A stretch of DNA of 64,000 bases from an uncultured Eubacteriales bacterium (GTDB taxonomy: Bacteria > Bacillota > Clostridia > Christensenellales > Pumilibacteraceae): contig UQSP01000003.1 in the NCBI GenBank assembly GCA_900543755.1, positions 2,747 through 66,746 on the forward strand, in the 5' to 3' direction. Below the pieces are notes generated by a model, which was not told where the DNA came from, searched no databases, and saw only the letters and a program-made list of their open reading frames with translations. Of this stretch, positions 63,001 through 64,000 are shown one piece after another (the stretch's first letter is position 1; every line of letters begins with the position of its first letter). The position numbers and the translations under genes were made by a program.

Positions 63001-63334
63001 AATCGTCGCATCTCAAGGTAAGACGGTAGTCGGTTTCGCCCGCGCGGCCTTCGTAAACGGCGCCTTTGTCGCATACTCCGAAATTGCTTAATCCTTTGCC
63101 GTTAAGACGGAAAACGCGCGTAATTACGCCGTTGTCGTATTCTCTGATATAAATTCCGCCAATCGCGCCGTTAGCGCAGTCAGCGACGAAACCGGTGTAC
63201 ATCACGCCGTTTCGGATTATTTCCTTGACGTCGCCCGTGGGCAAAAGCGAAATTTTCAAATCTTTTCCCAAGACAAACTCATCCGAAAAAGTATGCAGCT
63301 CTTTAAAATTATCCATAAAAAACTCCTGCAGCAA
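60062..63334 (-). CDS. Large cytoplasmic glycoside hydrolase/phosphorylase-like protein ((alpha/alpha)6-barrel, GH94/GH149-like)
   Basis: 1090 aa with no signal peptide. YAGGDWDDTLQP resembles the GDWND catalytic motif of GH94-type phosphorylases. GGAAWGTRDVCQGP and EWPQWF are also present. The family assignment is tentative. Confidence 0.35.
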   Translation of the reverse strand: MLQEFFMDNFKELHTFSDEFVLGKDLKISLLPTGDVKEIIRNGVMYTGFVADCANGAIGGIYIREYDNGVITRVFRLNGKGLSNFGVCDKGAVYEGRAGETDYRLTLRCDDYAWYYTLYTSGDKEIDVLCTQDIGVGDKGFVRNNELYSAQYLGHTVKDDVYGFVISSRQNMGGRHPVLTAGTLGIKATGYSTDGLQFFGSEYRVTNKPALIDKQLPCYVHQYEMPFIALSTEKFVPGKDRTFAFYFKTCDDLPVAAEGGMPSGIEEDYAALEDFECTTHKPVKYSDEIGDVLISENFTEEETAALYPVKTEEEREKGKLYSFFTEDGAYVATLDKEGAVQRPHGHISISGFDPDSLPENVMSNTSYMYGMICSQTIIGNTSFHKLFSVSRGFLDTQWTEGVRVYVKLDGKYRRLGTAGLFEIGLNYCRYLYKLPGDVVEIRVFNSFDKPFINVEVTSLNKKQYDFMLTMQCVMGEDAGKILLSREGNVLRFKPASGPATSFCPELNYEAVFDRDIIQGDDSIFFADGKSRNETLLSVKLSGDSFRMAIAGDEKKSAKAEFADFAKEKELFFEFYDRLLLKAHISPNDEYTSKLNLILRWYAHDCLVHYASPHGLEQTGGAAWGTRDVCQGPVEFFLTFGHFPTVKKILARVFRYQNAEGEWPQWFMFDEYPFAADDCHGDIVFWPLKALADYLAATHDYGFLSENIELKQGGVLPLSRLVEKSLHSIENRFIGDSGLITYAGGDWDDTLQPVNAFLKQNLISSWTMALAYQTLTSLASILPDESLKNKCSDFAKRIKNSFDKDLVKDGVIAGFGYMDEQNVRCMLHPLDETSGIHLRLLPLTRSIIARMADKNLADKNVQLIDEHLRCPDGVRLMDRPARYEGGVSKIFVRAEQAANVGREISLQYVHAHIRYIEAMTVLGRSEDALWGLMAVNPINIKETVRNAMPRQSNCYSSSSEGLFNDRYEYRKNFDKLRDGSVPVRSGWRVYSSGGGIYLARLFADVLGVKILKDKLVLDPVLPADKFDGHEIGFTAKGKNITVKFVKGNERKAIYNGITLSPSRDNPYREGGIAIPFDEMKTTDNEIIFMIK

Positions 63335-63430
63335 AAATATGTTTTATTGTTATATTGTTCAGAATTTGCGGTTTTAATATTACGGGCCGTAAGAGCGAAA
63401 CTTACAGCCCGTTAAAAAGCGTTCAGATTT

Positions 63431-64000
63431 TTATTTCATGAATACAAGTTCGTGGATGACGATTGTGTATTCCTCGGTGACTGACGACCCGGGTGAGGGG
63501 AAAATCAGGAAGCGCATCTCGGGACCCTCGGTAAGGTTGTCTGCGGTAAAGCCGCTCCATTCCCAGGTCTTTTGTTCTCCCGTGCCGGCGTTAAGAGTTT
63601 CTTCGTCTGTGCTCGTTTCGATTGCGGCGCTTGCGCCTTCAAGTTTCATTTTGAACGTTACGCCCTCGGGTGCGGTGAATACTACCTTGATTTTGGTAAA
63701 GTTTTTAAGATTACCGCTTATCTTGGTGGAAACGTATTCCCATTCGGCTTTGGTGGTGGGTACCGTCAAAGTGGTGGCGCCGTTGTCGACAAGTATGCTT
63801 ATGTTGCCGTCGTTAGCCTTAAAGCCGGAATTGATGTTGAACGTTTCGCTTGTGCCGTCGTAAACAAGGGGCAGAGAAACCGAACCCTTTTCGTTTACCA
63901 CAAGTTCGGGATTGGGAGCAAGGTCGGAAAAATAAATTTCGGTAAACGTGATTTCCGCGCTGTAGTCCTTGGTTCCCGGGCCCGCGATAAAGGTAAGTTT
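63431..64000 (-). CDS. C-terminal part of a protein carrying the same ~140-aa module found in the 37621 lipoprotein; the gene continues past the window end
   Basis: KIKVVFTAPEGVTFKMKLEGASAAIE....KTWEWSGFTADNLTEGPEMRFLIFPSPG....IVIHELVF parallels RITFTGTEGKKILFKTQNGGV...QTYLWKVAPESLPDGTAGAMNFYMCLDPG...VTSIELL. The ORF stays open to position 64000. Confidence 0.6.
   Translation of the reverse strand, partial: KLTFIAGPGTKDYSAEITFTEIYFSDLAPNPELVVNEKGSVSLPLVYDGTSETFNINSGFKANDGNISILVDNGATTLTVPTTKAEWEYVSTKISGNLKNFTKIKVVFTAPEGVTFKMKLEGASAAIETSTDEETLNAGTGEQKTWEWSGFTADNLTEGPEMRFLIFPSPGSSVTEEYTIVIHELVFMK

Overview
This 64-kb window is a chromosomal segment from a Gram-positive, spore-forming Clostridia-like genome of moderately high GC (judged by eye: spore protease gpr next to rpsT, Firmicutes-style RBS, T-box leader, lipobox lipoproteins). 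In order it contains:

- **1-7.7 kb, housekeeping genes.** A partial SIMPL-domain gene, rpsT (ribosomal protein S20) carrying an unusual Lys/Ala-rich tail, gpr, murI, a family-6 UDG-like deoxyinosine glycosylase, a MATE efflux pump, and an initiator tRNA-Met preceded by two degenerate tRNA-like tandem copies.
- **7.3-21.7 kb, branched-chain amino-acid operon.** A T-box-controlled ilvN-ilvC-leuA-cimA-leuC-leuD-leuB-ilvE-ilvD-ilvB cluster. The leuA/cimA pair implies the citramalate route to isoleucine.
- **22-34 kb, mixed genes.** An FAD oxidoreductase with a G9 tract in its RBS, a DeoR regulator, a membrane protein, an operon of a ribbon-helix-helix (RHH) protein plus clpB fronted by a 76-bp x2.5 tandem-repeat array, a zinc alcohol dehydrogenase, a HAD hydrolase, tRNA-Pro, a GNAT acetyltransferase and tRNA-Ser.
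- **34.3-37.2 kb, small island.** It sits next to tRNA-Ser and holds a frameshifted IS30-family element, low-GC HAD and SLOG/YpsA-like genes, and a GH127-like gene fragment.
- **37.6-64 kb, Gram-positive polysaccharide-utilisation locus.** It encodes an 855-aa Flg_new-repeat lipoprotein with three copies of an unassigned ~140-aa module, a metallophosphoesterase, LacI-family and ArsR-fusion regulators, a GH2 enzyme, a sugar ABC transporter, a GH43-like lipoprotein, a 2622-aa multi-repeat lipoprotein and a 1090-aa GH94-like enzyme. A 17-kb cassette inside this locus is bracketed by two ~210-bp near-identical direct repeats.

The most novel-looking items are the RHH-clpB operon with its tandem operator-like array, the repeat-flanked cassette containing the giant repetitive lipoprotein with its uncharacterised modules, the S20 fusion, and the tRNA-like satellite copies.
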